Virus record (IMG/VR): IMGVR_UViG_3300020247_000249
Reading direction: 5' to 3' (one strand)
DNA length: 64,000 nucleotides
Origin: an uncultured virus (IMG/VR IMGVR_UViG_3300020247_000249)
Lineage: Duplodnaviria; Heunggongvirae; Uroviricota; Caudoviricetes
The notes beneath the pieces were generated by a model. It was not told where the DNA came from. It searched no databases and saw only the letters and a program-made list of their open reading frames with translations. The position numbers were made by a program, and so were the translations under genes. Positions 17,666-26,846 of this stretch are shown piece after piece (the first letter of the stretch is position 1; each line of letters begins with the position of its first letter).

Positions 17666-19082
17666 TTTATTTTTCCTTTTTCTATTGTTCGCTGTAACTC
17701 CAGCCTTTGCAAATGATGTTATTATATATTACAGCACAGGTGGAACAAACACAAGTTCACACTACAATCATTTAAAAAGTGAACTTGAAGATTTAGGATT
17801 TACAGTTACAGGAAGTACAAGTGGCACAGTAAGTTCAAGTGATCTATCAGGCAAAGAACTTGTAATTGATATAGCAGGAACTTCAAACTGTGGCAGTACG
17901 TGTAAAACAAACTATGAAAGTTTTATAGGCAACGGAGGACACGTAGTTATTCTTGCACCCAACGGAGCAACCAATAGAATAGGTAACATTGAATCGTTGG
18001 TTGAAAGTAAATTAAGTGTAGGAAGTATGTCAATAGCAGGTAGTTGTAATACCTGTTGGGCTTCATATGCAGTAGGCGATTATGCTTCAAGCACATCAAG
18101 TGAAAACACATTACCAGGACCAGACAAATTGTTTACAGCAAGTGGCGGTACAGCAATGGCCAAAAATAGCAGTGCCAGTAGTTGGAACACTTGGTATAAT
18201 TGGGAGTATGGTAGTAATGGTGGATCAATCACAGTTTCATTTGGTTATGGACAGTTACTATCAACACATCAATATAGTAATAACATGGTGGACTTCCTAA
18301 CTCGTTCAATGGTTCAAGCAGGATTATACAGTGTATCATCATATACATCAAGCATAAGCACAGCACAGACTAATCAGATTACAGCATCAAGAGCAGTAAC
18401 ACACAATGGTAGTGGCATATATATTAACCAGGTTGGTAATGATAACGAGCTTGATATAGTTCAAGACGGAAGTGATAACCTTGTAGCAGGTGTTGGTTCA
18501 ACATCTAGCAACATAGTAAACGCTGACATCATTGGTAATAACAATGATACAACATTAACACAAAGAGGTGACAACAATGTAATACTGTTTGATGTTACAG
18601 GAGATACTAATACAACAACTGTAAGTCAAGGTGGATCATCTGGAGCAGATGATAATAGGCTTGAGTTTGATGTTAATGGCGACTCTAACATATTAAGTAT
18701 TACACAAAATCATAACGACGGTATAGGAAACAACGGACACTTTCTTGCAATAGACTTAGACGGAGATACTAATAACATTTTATCAAGTCAACTTAATGAC
18801 GGAGATAAAAAAGCATTCCTTAGTGTTCAAGGTGACGACAATGATATCGATTTATATCAGCAAGGATCAGGATCACACTATGCAGAAATTGCAGTAGGTA
18901 GCGATCAAACTGTTGGTATTACACAAGATGGCACAGGCAATCACAATGCAAGTGTTAGCATGACAGGTCACAGTGCAACACTTGACCTTACACAAGATAG
19001 TTCAAACAATCAAGTTTATTCAATAAACCAAAATTGCGCAAACGCAAATGGTTGTGGTACAACTACAGTAACACAAAACTAA
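17640..19082 (+). CDS. Large secreted protein with C-terminal curlin-like repeats
   Basis: Signal peptide ending AFA; repeats INQVGNDN, VQDGSDN, TQRGDNN, VQGDDN, TQDGTGNH; start reassigned to 17640 after GGAG. Confidence 0.78.
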   Translation: MILTLFRNSLFFLFLLFAVTPAFANDVIIYYSTGGTNTSSHYNHLKSELEDLGFTVTGSTSGTVSSSDLSGKELVIDIAGTSNCGSTCKTNYESFIGNGGHVVILAPNGATNRIGNIESLVESKLSVGSMSIAGSCNTCWASYAVGDYASSTSSENTLPGPDKLFTASGGTAMAKNSSASSWNTWYNWEYGSNGGSITVSFGYGQLLSTHQYSNNMVDFLTRSMVQAGLYSVSSYTSSISTAQTNQITASRAVTHNGSGIYINQVGNDNELDIVQDGSDNLVAGVGSTSSNIVNADIIGNNNDTTLTQRGDNNVILFDVTGDTNTTTVSQGGSSGADDNRLEFDVNGDSNILSITQNHNDGIGNNGHFLAIDLDGDTNNILSSQLNDGDKKAFLSVQGDDNDIDLYQQGSGSHYAEIAVGSDQTVGITQDGTGNHNASVSMTGHSATLDLTQDSSNNQVYSINQNCANANGCGTTTVTQN

Positions 19083-19125
19083 AATCTCGCATAAATACTG
19101 GTGAATATAACAAAGGAGCGAAACT

Positions 19126-19608
19126 TTGATAGATCCCATCTCTGCCGTCGCTATGGCGACCGGCGCATTTAACACAATCAAAGCCGGCTTCGCAGCCGGA
19201 CGTGAAATAGAATCCATGGCAGGCGACTTAGGTCGTTGGATGGGTGCTGTTTCAGATATTAAAAAAGCAGAAGAGTATAATAAGAAACCGCCATTATTTA
19301 AAAAACTATTCCAAGCAGGATCAGTTGAAGAAGAGGCTATGCAAATCTTTATGGCTAAGAAAAAAGCAGAAGATATGAGAGCTGAACTAAAACAGATTAT
19401 TAGTTTTACTAGAGGTCCAAGTGCATGGGATGAGCTTTTAAAAACTGAAGGTGATATTAGAAAGAAAAGACAAAAAGCAATTTACGATCAAGAAGAACGT
19501 AGACGTAAATTGTTAGAAGGTATTGCTATAGCTCTTGGCATAGTTGTTGTCGGCGGCTTTGCAATCTTTATAGTAGTATTGACAGCAAAAGCGAGAGGTA
19601 TGATGTAG
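19126..19608 (+). CDS. Hypothetical protein with C-terminal TM helix
   Basis: AAGGAG SD, TTG start, upstream TAAATA. Confidence 0.75.
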   Translation: MIDPISAVAMATGAFNTIKAGFAAGREIESMAGDLGRWMGAVSDIKKAEEYNKKPPLFKKLFQAGSVEEEAMQIFMAKKKAEDMRAELKQIISFTRGPSAWDELLKTEGDIRKKRQKAIYDQEERRRKLLEGIAIALGIVVVGGFAIFIVVLTAKARGMM

Positions 19609-19908
19609 TTGAGGTATGCTTATAAAGACTATGTTTTTGTAAATGATAATAACAAAGGTATACTTTATAAAGCAGGTAAATTACTTTTTATGGGTAATTC
19701 CTGGAGTGCTATAAACTACTTTATAATTTCTACAGACCAAGCACAAGAAGTTAAAGACATGTTCAAGTCACAACTTTCTCAAAGACAAGAGATTAGACTT
19801 AGAGCAGAATCAAAGAAGCCTAAAGACCCGCCACCTCTTCCTGTTGAGGAAGAAAAGAAACCTGCCATTAGAAGACCAGGACGCAGCGACAGGAGATTAG
19901 TACGTTGA
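19609..19908 (+). CDS. Hypothetical protein
   Basis: Abuts neighbours; GAGG SD. Confidence 0.6.
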   Translation: MRYAYKDYVFVNDNNKGILYKAGKLLFMGNSWSAINYFIISTDQAQEVKDMFKSQLSQRQEIRLRAESKKPKDPPPLPVEEEKKPAIRRPGRSDRRLVR

Positions 19909-20123
19909 TACATGCCTTTATGTTAGTGGTACTAATAGCAGATGTACAGCAACCTTCACCTATGTATTTTAGAAGCATAGATGTGTGCCAATATTACGCT
20001 AAACGTATACCTATGCAGTATGGTAATTACGGAAACAAATACTTAGTTCCGCCAGAACATAGAATAACAGCATATTGCAAACCTGTAAAAATGCAAGACG
20101 GTCCGAATATTTACGATCATTGA
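19905..20123 (+). CDS. Small secreted/membrane Cys-pair protein
   Basis: AGGAG SD; YFRSIDVC...AYCKP. Confidence 0.65.
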   Translation: MIHAFMLVVLIADVQQPSPMYFRSIDVCQYYAKRIPMQYGNYGNKYLVPPEHRITAYCKPVKMQDGPNIYDH

Positions 20124-20142
20124 TCCGTAGATAAATAGGTGT

Positions 20143-22203
20143 ATGAAACTGTCAAAGATTATAACACATTGGTCTACAGCACTTCTAACCTTAGCGGTTA
20201 TTAGTATATTAGGGTTCAACGATCCCTATGTAAAACAGACTTTAAGACTCAAATCTTTTGATCTTATTCAAAGTTATGACACAGTAGAACCACTATCCAA
20301 CGACATTGCTATATTAGAAATAGACGAAGCATCTATAGAAAAGTACGGACAATGGCCATGGAAGCGTGATGTATTAGCAGGTATTATTGAAAACTTAAGA
20401 GCGCATGGTGCTGGCGTTATTGTTATGCCTATCCTATTTTCTGAGAATGATAGACTAGGTGGAGATACTGAACTAGCACAGATGTTGCTAAACAATGGTG
20501 TTGTTATCGCACAAACAGGAACAACACAAACAAATAAAAATGCAGTACCAAGAGGTGTTGCTAAAATAGGTGATCCTATGCCTTGGTTATTTGAATGGCC
20601 GGGCATGTTAGGTCCTATACCTTTACTAGGTGAAAACGCAGCAGGCGTTGGAGTAATTAATACTGCACCTGAAATAGATGGTGTTGTAAGACGCTTACCA
20701 TTGCTAATGCGTGTAGGTGACGAAGTATATCCAAGTATTACTATGGAAACAATACGTGTTGCTGTAGGTGATCCTAGTTATCAAGTTAAAGCAGGCGAGG
20801 GCGGTATTATTGCTATGCGTGTGCCTGCGTATCAAACTATTCAAACAGATCCAAATGGTAGAATTTGGTTGCGTTGGAACAAAGACTTTGATGTATACAG
20901 TGCATCAGAAGAAGATTTCTTTTGGGGAATGGAAGGCAAAATTGTAATTATTGGTATTACAGCAGAAGGACTTGCACCAGTTATTGCTACTCCAAACGGA
21001 GAACAATACAGTTATGTAATGACTGCAACAGCATTACAGACTATCGTAAATGGCGATAACATTGTACGTTTTGATTATGCTACATTTGTAGAGTATGCTG
21101 CTAGTATCGTAATTGGGCTTATTCTTATAATTGCGGCGGTTTTAGCACCATATTACGTAGTGGGTGCATTGGTACTTATTATGTACGCAACGTGCTTGTA
21201 CGGCGCTTATACGCTGTTTAAAGGGCACTTACAGCTATGGGATGTGAGCTGGATACTGCTAGTAGGCACAGCAGTAGGTTTCCATGCTACATTTAACCGT
21301 TTTGTAGTAGAATTCTTTGAAAAACAAAAGATTAAGAAGCAATTTGCAGGGTATGCATCACCAACAGTAGTACGTATGCTACAAGAAAATCCTGCACTTA
21401 TCAAAGACGGTATGAAGAAAGAGGTCAGTATTCTATTTTCAGACTTGCGTGGGTTTACACCTTTGGGCGAATCATTTGGCGATGACGTGAAAGGCTTAAC
21501 CAAAATTATGAATGGCTATATGGATGCTATTACACAACCTATATTAGACAGCGATGGTATGGTAATTAAGTACATTGGTGATGCAAGTATGCATGTACAC
21601 AATGCACCAATTGAAGATCCAGAACATCCAAAGACCGCAGTGCAATGTGGATTAGATATGCTTAAGGCAGTGGAGAAATTTAATGAACAAATTACAAATG
21701 AAGGACGTCCTCCCGTTGGTATGGGTGCCGGTATTAATACTGGCCTTGGTTACCTTGGCGAAATGGGTAGCACCGCAAGGCACTCTTATGACGTTCTTGG
21801 CGACTCTGTAAGTACAGCAGCAAGAATAGAATCTAAGTGTAAAGAATATGGTTGCTTATTACTAGTAGGAGATGCAACATATCAACAAACTAAAGACGAC
21901 TTCTTCTACTTAAAAGTAGACGACCTAGCAGTTAAAGGTAAAACAGTTGGTATTGGTATTTGGACAGTACTAGACAATCCTAAACCAGCATGGCGTACAG
22001 CACAACGCCATCATCAAGAAATGCATGAGTTGTATCAAAAACAAAAGTTTGATGAAGCAATATGGATTTGTGAAAAACTAATGAGACACTTTGATGCTAA
22101 GATGGAAGGATATTATACTATGTGGATTGAACGTTGTGAATATATGAAAACACAAAAGTTACCTAAAGATTGGAATGGAGTGTTCATTGCAACAACAAAA
22201 TGA
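20143..22203 (+). CDS. CHASE2-domain class III adenylate cyclase
   Basis: CHASE2 (IDEASIEKYGQWPWKR, DGVVRR), 3 TM helices, FSDLRGFT, KYIGDA, GINTG, YDVLGD...AARIE, VKGK. Confidence 0.95.
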   Translation: MKLSKIITHWSTALLTLAVISILGFNDPYVKQTLRLKSFDLIQSYDTVEPLSNDIAILEIDEASIEKYGQWPWKRDVLAGIIENLRAHGAGVIVMPILFSENDRLGGDTELAQMLLNNGVVIAQTGTTQTNKNAVPRGVAKIGDPMPWLFEWPGMLGPIPLLGENAAGVGVINTAPEIDGVVRRLPLLMRVGDEVYPSITMETIRVAVGDPSYQVKAGEGGIIAMRVPAYQTIQTDPNGRIWLRWNKDFDVYSASEEDFFWGMEGKIVIIGITAEGLAPVIATPNGEQYSYVMTATALQTIVNGDNIVRFDYATFVEYAASIVIGLILIIAAVLAPYYVVGALVLIMYATCLYGAYTLFKGHLQLWDVSWILLVGTAVGFHATFNRFVVEFFEKQKIKKQFAGYASPTVVRMLQENPALIKDGMKKEVSILFSDLRGFTPLGESFGDDVKGLTKIMNGYMDAITQPILDSDGMVIKYIGDASMHVHNAPIEDPEHPKTAVQCGLDMLKAVEKFNEQITNEGRPPVGMGAGINTGLGYLGEMGSTARHSYDVLGDSVSTAARIESKCKEYGCLLLVGDATYQQTKDDFFYLKVDDLAVKGKTVGIGIWTVLDNPKPAWRTAQRHHQEMHELYQKQKFDEAIWICEKLMRHFDAKMEGYYTMWIERCEYMKTQKLPKDWNGVFIATTK

Positions 22204-22244
22204 TTACTTTAAAAATTTAAGCATAGAAGATAAAGTTACTAACA

Positions 22245-22622
22245 TTAAGCAACGAATACATGACTTGCAACTAGCATTACAATTACGCAGTAAGTTAGAT
22301 AATGTAAAGTCTGATCAATTGCAGCAGCCCACCAAAAGCCACTATCAGCAGAGCTCCAACCGTGTCGAGCAATCCAATGATGTTTCGCCCAGTCAACGTG
22401 CCAATGAATTAAATAATCTAAAAGCGAAACTGATGCAGCGACCAGCAAATCCCCTGTAACAGGAAGCACAACAATCATTGTACCTATACCGTGTTGTGCA
22501 TAATGCCAGTGTGCTTTAGGATTTAACCACTTTAGTTTTTGCTGCCCAACAATGTAATGTTGTAAAGCAAGATCAACTACAGTGTGTTTAACAAGTAGTA
22601 ATGACAGTAAAAATAGTTCCAC
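22245..22622 (-). CDS. DUF3307-like membrane protein
   Basis: KHTVVDLALQ, HYAQHG, HWHVDWAK, DQTLH. Confidence 0.75.
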   Translation of the reverse strand: MELFLLSLLLVKHTVVDLALQHYIVGQQKLKWLNPKAHWHYAQHGIGTMIVVLPVTGDLLVAASVSLLDYLIHWHVDWAKHHWIARHGWSSADSGFWWAAAIDQTLHYLTYCVIVMLVASHVFVA

Positions 22623-22943
22623 CTAGTTCTTCTTTCTAGGTTTTGCTTTTACAGCTTTTTCAATTTCATCTGCATCAAGATCTAGTTTTTTACCTGTAAC
22701 TTTTTCGTATTGTTCTTTAAATTCTAATACCATGTTTAACTTTTGATTAAGTCTAATCATGTCATTGTCTAACATACGAATACGATCTATCAATCCTACT
22801 AGTTTACCCGATGCTTCACCCAGTACAGGTTTAATCTCGGTAGTTACCCACTTCCATACGTAGTAGACAAAATATCCGAGACCCATCGCAGCCACTATAG
22901 GAAAGCCGAAGTCTTTTATCGCTGCTGCTAATTCTGCTGTCAT
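22623..22943 (-). CDS. Small membrane protein (GFPI family, paralog of 23552-23830)
   Basis: DFGFPIVAAMGLGYFVYY, DRIRMLDNDMIRL. Confidence 0.75.
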   Translation of the reverse strand: MTAELAAAIKDFGFPIVAAMGLGYFVYYVWKWVTTEIKPVLGEASGKLVGLIDRIRMLDNDMIRLNQKLNMVLEFKEQYEKVTGKKLDLDADEIEKAVKAKPRKKN

Positions 22944-22951
22944 ACTTGCTA

Positions 22952-23155
22952 TTATCTATCCGTTTCCTCGGCTGCTTTAGCCTCTACTTTACATAACCAA
23001 CCACTTTCATTTACAATGAAACGGTCTCCTGGCTTATACAAAAAATGTTCTTTTTGAGTGCCGTCTTTAGCGACGCCCATTACTTCGCCTTCCCAATCTC
23101 CTTTTACTTTGAAGTTTGGTCCAACCTGGTCAATTGCATAGTCAACCCACATCAT
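22952..23155 (-). CDS. Hypothetical protein
   Basis: MMWVDYAIDQ... after AAGGA SD; start reassigned. Confidence 0.65.
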   Translation of the reverse strand: MMWVDYAIDQVGPNFKVKGDWEGEVMGVAKDGTQKEHFLYKPGDRFIVNESGWLCKVEAKAAEETDR

Positions 23156-23159
23156 AATT

Positions 23160-23351
23160 TTATCCTTTCTTCTGCTCTGCTGCCCACCATTCTGCCTTGT
23201 TAGCAAAACCGTTGGCTTTTGCCCAATGCATTTCTTGGACACTTAAAAAACCTTTCGCTTCGGCTTCTTGTTCCTCACGAATGATTTTTATACCTTCGCC
23301 GACGCTACCTGCGTCAACTTCGTATTCAGTTCCGTCAAGTGTTATTTTCAA
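23160..23351 (-). CDS. Hypothetical protein
   Basis: AGGAG SD, TTG start, packed in operon. Confidence 0.55.
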   Translation of the reverse strand: MKITLDGTEYEVDAGSVGEGIKIIREEQEAEAKGFLSVQEMHWAKANGFANKAEWWAAEQKKG

Positions 23352-23532
23352 TTGCCACTCCTGCTTCGACAGATTTTATCAACTCGAAATATCCGTTTGG
23401 TCCTACTCTATATTCATCACCAATTTTAATATCTACTTCGTCAATAACAAAGAACTTATCTTCTGGGTCCTTGTCTTTTAGAATGCGAAAACCGTTTTCA
23501 AATTTTGTTAGTAGTAAATCTTTCCATAGCAT
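23335..23532 (-). CDS. Hypothetical protein
   Basis: MLWKDLLL... after AAGGG SD; start reassigned. Confidence 0.6.
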   Translation of the reverse strand: MLWKDLLLTKFENGFRILKDKDPEDKFFVIDEVDIKIGDEYRVGPNGYFELIKSVEAGVAIENNT

Positions 23533-23551
23533 GGTAATACCCTTTCTTCTG

Positions 23552-23830
23552 TTAGTCTCGTCTTGCGTCTTCTTTGCCTTCATTGGCAGCTATACGATCT
23601 ATGTTAGGTTTTACGTTTAAAGCATAACTCATCAATGCATCAATCTTAACAAGATCGTTATTCATTGTTTGTACACGATTATCTAATGCTGAAATCATAT
23701 TCTGCAGGCCACATACACTTCCTGTTACACTAGCCAAAATAAATTTTAATGTAGTGAATACAAAGAAGCCTGCGGCTATTGCGCCTGCAATTGGGAATCC
23801 AACTTCGCTTACAAATGTTAAAAAGTCCAT
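23552..23830 (-). CDS. Small membrane protein (GFPI family)
   Basis: EVGFPIAGAIAAGFFVF, DNRVQTMNNDLVKID; upstream TAAATA and AGGAG. Confidence 0.75.
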   Translation of the reverse strand: MDFLTFVSEVGFPIAGAIAAGFFVFTTLKFILASVTGSVCGLQNMISALDNRVQTMNNDLVKIDALMSYALNVKPNIDRIAANEGKEDARRD

Positions 23831-23887
23831 AATAGTATTTTCGCTCCTACTTACTACTATTTAGTCATTTTGTGAGCATAAAACTAT

Positions 23888-23916
23888 TTGACAAGGTTTT
23901 TGTTATATGCTATAAT
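23888..23916 (+). promoter_or_regulatory. Consensus sigma70 promoter, probably leaderless transcript
   Basis: TTGACA-N17-TATAAT; ATG at 23923. Confidence 0.85.
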
Positions 23917-23922
23917 GTTATT

Positions 23923-24117
23923 ATGAGTCATGACATTTATGCGGTGGTTAACGATTGGACAACTTTATCATCCAAATATTCTGAAGAAAAACTAGTTTGG
24001 TGCTTAGAGTCTTGTGTAGACAAGTTTTATAACCGTGGAGAACGCTGGTTTTTTAAGGACGATAGAGATGCACAAATGTTCGCTCTAAAATATGGTGAAA
24101 ACTCAAGCAATCACTAA
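23923..24117 (+). CDS. Small phage hypothetical protein
   Basis: ...WFFKDDRDAQMFALKY C-terminal motif, similar to 25023-25286. Confidence 0.65.
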   Translation: MSHDIYAVVNDWTTLSSKYSEEKLVWCLESCVDKFYNRGERWFFKDDRDAQMFALKYGENSSNH

Positions 24118-24130
24118 TGGTATTTTGTGC

Positions 24131-24159
24131 TTGACACAACCTATAAATATGTGTATACT
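24131..24159 (+). promoter_or_regulatory. sigma70 promoter with embedded TATAAATA late motif
   Basis: TTGACA-N17-TATACT; TATAAATA 24142-24149. Confidence 0.75.
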
Positions 24160-24181
24160 TAATAATTAAAGAGTAATTTCT

Positions 24182-24745
24182 ATGCCAGCAAAGTACGAGA
24201 ATTGGACAGCCAGTGATGCAATAGACAAGAGTCTGCACGATAATGACATTCATTATCTAAGTGGAGATATTGCTAATGACAACGTCAGTCAAACTATTAA
24301 GTGGATTGTTTCTGCCAATTTAAACAAGAAGCCAAAGAAAACACTTACCTTATATGTAAACACATATGGTGGAGACCTATACGAAGCGTTTGCACTTATT
24401 GATGTTATGAAACAAAGTTATCATCATATAAGAACAATAGGTGTTGGTGCAATTATGAGTGCAGGATTTTTAATTTTTGCAAGTGGTAAGCAAGGCGAAA
24501 GGTATATAGGAAAGAATACAGGTATAATGAATCATCAGCATAGCGATACTATGGACGCTAAGATGCACGACATGAAAGCAGCAATGCATGAGAATCAAAA
24601 CTGCGAACAACGTGCATATCAAGTTTTACGAGAAGCGACTGGTTATACTTTAGCACAGGTTAAAAAGTATTTTGACAGTCCGAGTGATCAGTACTTCACC
24701 GCAAAAGATCTGATCAAGCTCAATATTGCGGATCACATTTTATAG
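24182..24745 (+). CDS. clpP: ClpP-family protease subunit
   Basis: LYVNTYGGDL, GAIMSAG (Ser), IMNHQ (His), SDQYFTA (Asp). Confidence 0.88.
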   Translation: MPAKYENWTASDAIDKSLHDNDIHYLSGDIANDNVSQTIKWIVSANLNKKPKKTLTLYVNTYGGDLYEAFALIDVMKQSYHHIRTIGVGAIMSAGFLIFASGKQGERYIGKNTGIMNHQHSDTMDAKMHDMKAAMHENQNCEQRAYQVLREATGYTLAQVKKYFDSPSDQYFTAKDLIKLNIADHIL

Positions 24746-24754
24746 GATTGAGAA

Positions 24755-25048
24755 ATGGAAAAGGAATATAAAGGAATGAAGGTAGTTGACTTTAAGCCTA
24801 ACGAGAAGCAAGAAGTATCAGAAGAGATTCAATCTCGACTAGACATTGTTGATGCGTTTCGTAAACGTGTTGCCGATGGTGAGATTACAGAGTTTGTAAC
24901 TACAAGTTTATCTGCAGATGGTAATGCTGTTATTTGGTCTAATGTACCTGACATTGCAGCCGGTGTAGGATTATTTGAGATTGGTAAGCATATCTTAATG
25001 ACACAGTACGCACCAGAGCACGATGGCTTTGACTTCACCCCAGAATAG
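24755..25048 (+). CDS. Hypothetical protein
   Basis: Packed ORF with SD. Confidence 0.65.
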   Translation: MEKEYKGMKVVDFKPNEKQEVSEEIQSRLDIVDAFRKRVADGEITEFVTTSLSADGNAVIWSNVPDIAAGVGLFEIGKHILMTQYAPEHDGFDFTPE

Positions 25049-25286
25049 ATTTTGCGTTCATAGATTTACGTTAGGTGACGTAGAAGATCCAGAAATATAT
25101 TGCGACACAGCAATCTTTGAATGGATGGAAAAATCTCCTGCTGGTCGATACTGCAAAGACAACTCAAAAAATCTATTTAGAAAAATTTCACAAGACGACT
25201 TTGGTTACGGCTTTCAAGTAGATGTCTTTGCTGATTTTGAAGATAAAGAACTTACATTTTATGCACTAAAATACTTGACAAAGTAA
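25023..25286 (+). CDS. Hypothetical phage protein
   Basis: HRFTLGDVEDPEIYC...TFYALKY. Confidence 0.65.
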   Translation: MALTSPQNRFCVHRFTLGDVEDPEIYCDTAIFEWMEKSPAGRYCKDNSKNLFRKISQDDFGYGFQVDVFADFEDKELTFYALKYLTK

Positions 25287-25303
25287 TACAAAGATGCTAT
25301 TAT
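25275..25303 (+). promoter_or_regulatory. sigma70-type promoter
   Basis: TTGACA-N17-TATTAT with extended TG. Confidence 0.7.
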
Positions 25304-25331
25304 TAAAACATAATAAAGAAGGAGGACAATT

Positions 25332-25853
25332 ATGGACAGGCCATTAGACAGAGCAATCGCTTATGCTACTCTTGCCCACAAAGGTCAGAAAAGAAAATAC
25401 ACTGGCGCTCCTTACATCGGACACCCTATAGAGGTGATGGGTATTGTAAAGACTGTACCACATACAACAGAAATGTTGATAGCGGCAGTTCTACACGATA
25501 CTGTAGAAGATACGGCAGCCACACTTGATGACATCGAAATTCAGTTTGGAAAAGTTGTAAAATCGTTAGTATCTGATCTTACAGATATTTCAGATCCTGA
25601 AGATGGCAACAGGGCATTCCGTAAAGCAAAAGATAGAGAGCATTCTATCAATGCGTCTGCACAAGCGCAGACAATTAAGTATGCAGACCTAATTTCTAAC
25701 TCCGAAAGTATTATAAAACACGACCCGGGGTTTGCAAAGGTTTACATGCAAGAAAAGAAACTGTTACTTGACGGAATGACGAAAGGTAACGCAACTCTAA
25801 GGAACCACGCAATGAAAATCGTGGATCAGTACCATGCAGACAATAAGGAGTAG
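25332..25853 (+). CDS. HD-domain hydrolase, RelA/SpoT hydrolase-like (small alarmone hydrolase/Mesh1 type)
   Basis: AHKGQKRKYTGAPYIGHP, AAVLHDTVEDT, IKYADLISN. Confidence 0.88.
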   Translation: MDRPLDRAIAYATLAHKGQKRKYTGAPYIGHPIEVMGIVKTVPHTTEMLIAAVLHDTVEDTAATLDDIEIQFGKVVKSLVSDLTDISDPEDGNRAFRKAKDREHSINASAQAQTIKYADLISNSESIIKHDPGFAKVYMQEKKLLLDGMTKGNATLRNHAMKIVDQYHADNKE

Positions 25854-25855
25854 GT

Positions 25856-26041
25856 ATGGGTGCAAAACTGTGGGAACTATGGTGCAAGGCAATTGGGGAG
25901 AAAGCATATGAAGAAGATAACAATCGGTCTGACAGAGTGGCAATTATACGCTCTGGGTGGGTGTTGTTGCACATTCTTACTTGCCTTGCTATCATCTTAA
26001 ACGCAATAGCTAATCATGGTTGGAGGTTAATAGGACTATGA
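25856..26041 (+). CDS. Small membrane protein
   Basis: AGGAG SD; WCKAIGEKA...DRVAIIR + TM. Confidence 0.65.
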   Translation: MGAKLWELWCKAIGEKAYEEDNNRSDRVAIIRSGWVLLHILTCLAIILNAIANHGWRLIGL

Positions 26042-26229
26042 CAATGTGGGTATTAGTATTAATAAGTGTCTTGCCATATAAGATTTCTGCATATGAGAAA
26101 GCATCATTTAACTCTATGGAGAAATGTTTTATGGCTCGTGAAGTAGCGTTGGCAGATATGGGATCAATAGATGGATATCCGCCAATTAATCAAAACTTGA
26201 TTTGTATTAAATCAAACGTAAGGAACTAA
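26038..26229 (+). CDS. Small secreted Cys-pair protein
   Basis: MWVLVLI...FNSMEKCFMARE...IC. Confidence 0.6.
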   Translation: MTMWVLVLISVLPYKISAYEKASFNSMEKCFMAREVALADMGSIDGYPPINQNLICIKSNVRN

Positions 26230-26233
26230 GCAA

Positions 26234-26326
26234 ATGGAAATTTTATTCGGATTGGTAATTGCTATGAAGGTTATGGAGTCTCTTAGTATATGGGACGGCA
26301 TGGTCTGTGTAAGTGGGTGCTTATAA
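26234..26326 (+). CDS. Possible 30-aa hydrophobic peptide
   Basis: AAGGA SD; MEILFGLVIAMKVMESLSIWDGMVCVSGCL; TAATG coupling to the next ORF. Confidence 0.45.
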   Translation: MEILFGLVIAMKVMESLSIWDGMVCVSGCL

Positions 26327-26484
26327 TGAGTGAACAAACTAATTATTGCACAACAAAAGGATTGCTACCAGCATTTCTTATCATTACCTTTTTTATCGTA
26401 GGTGTACCGTTGTTATTGGTAGACAACGCAAAGTATTGTAAGCAAAGTATTGTACCTTGCTATCCATGGACGGTGCCAGAATGA
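26326..26484 (+). CDS. Small membrane protein
   Basis: MSEQTNYCTTKGL + TM + YCKQSIVPCYPW. Confidence 0.55.
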   Translation: MSEQTNYCTTKGLLPAFLIITFFIVGVPLLLVDNAKYCKQSIVPCYPWTVPE

Positions 26485-26846
26485 GTGATTTTAAAGAAAA
26501 GCAACAAGACCTTACTGAACTAAACGGTGACGGAAACAGAGACCGTGGACGTTATGGAGAAGATTTAAAAGAGGAGATGCCATCTGTTCTTAAAATCTTA
26601 AAAGAAAGTACTATTGCAAAACTTGTTAAAGGTGAAGTGGTAGTTACATTCAATAAAATTAACGGAGATAAACGTGTAATGACTTGTACGTTGCAAGAAG
26701 GTGTTGTGCCTAAAGCAACTAAAGATCCTGCATCTCAAAAGAAAGTGCAAAAGATCAACGAAGAAGTACAGGTAGTATGGGATGTCAATGCAAAAGGTTG
26801 GCGAAGTTTCCGTTGGGCAAACGTTACTGAGGTAGCGAGTGTTTAG
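26481..26846 (+). CDS. WYL_2/SH3 beta-barrel phage protein
   Basis: VTFNKINGDKRVMTCTL...VWDVNAKGWRSFR. Confidence 0.75.
   Translation: MSDFKEKQQDLTELNGDGNRDRGRYGEDLKEEMPSVLKILKESTIAKLVKGEVVVTFNKINGDKRVMTCTLQEGVVPKATKDPASQKKVQKINEEVQVVWDVNAKGWRSFRWANVTEVASV

Noticed and set aside
21790..21835. Cyclase inactivation by Asn-to-Ser change (DSVSTAAR)
   Set aside because: Both metal Asp residues, the Arg and the ATP-specifying Lys/Asp are retained; a single substitution is not enough to call it inactive.
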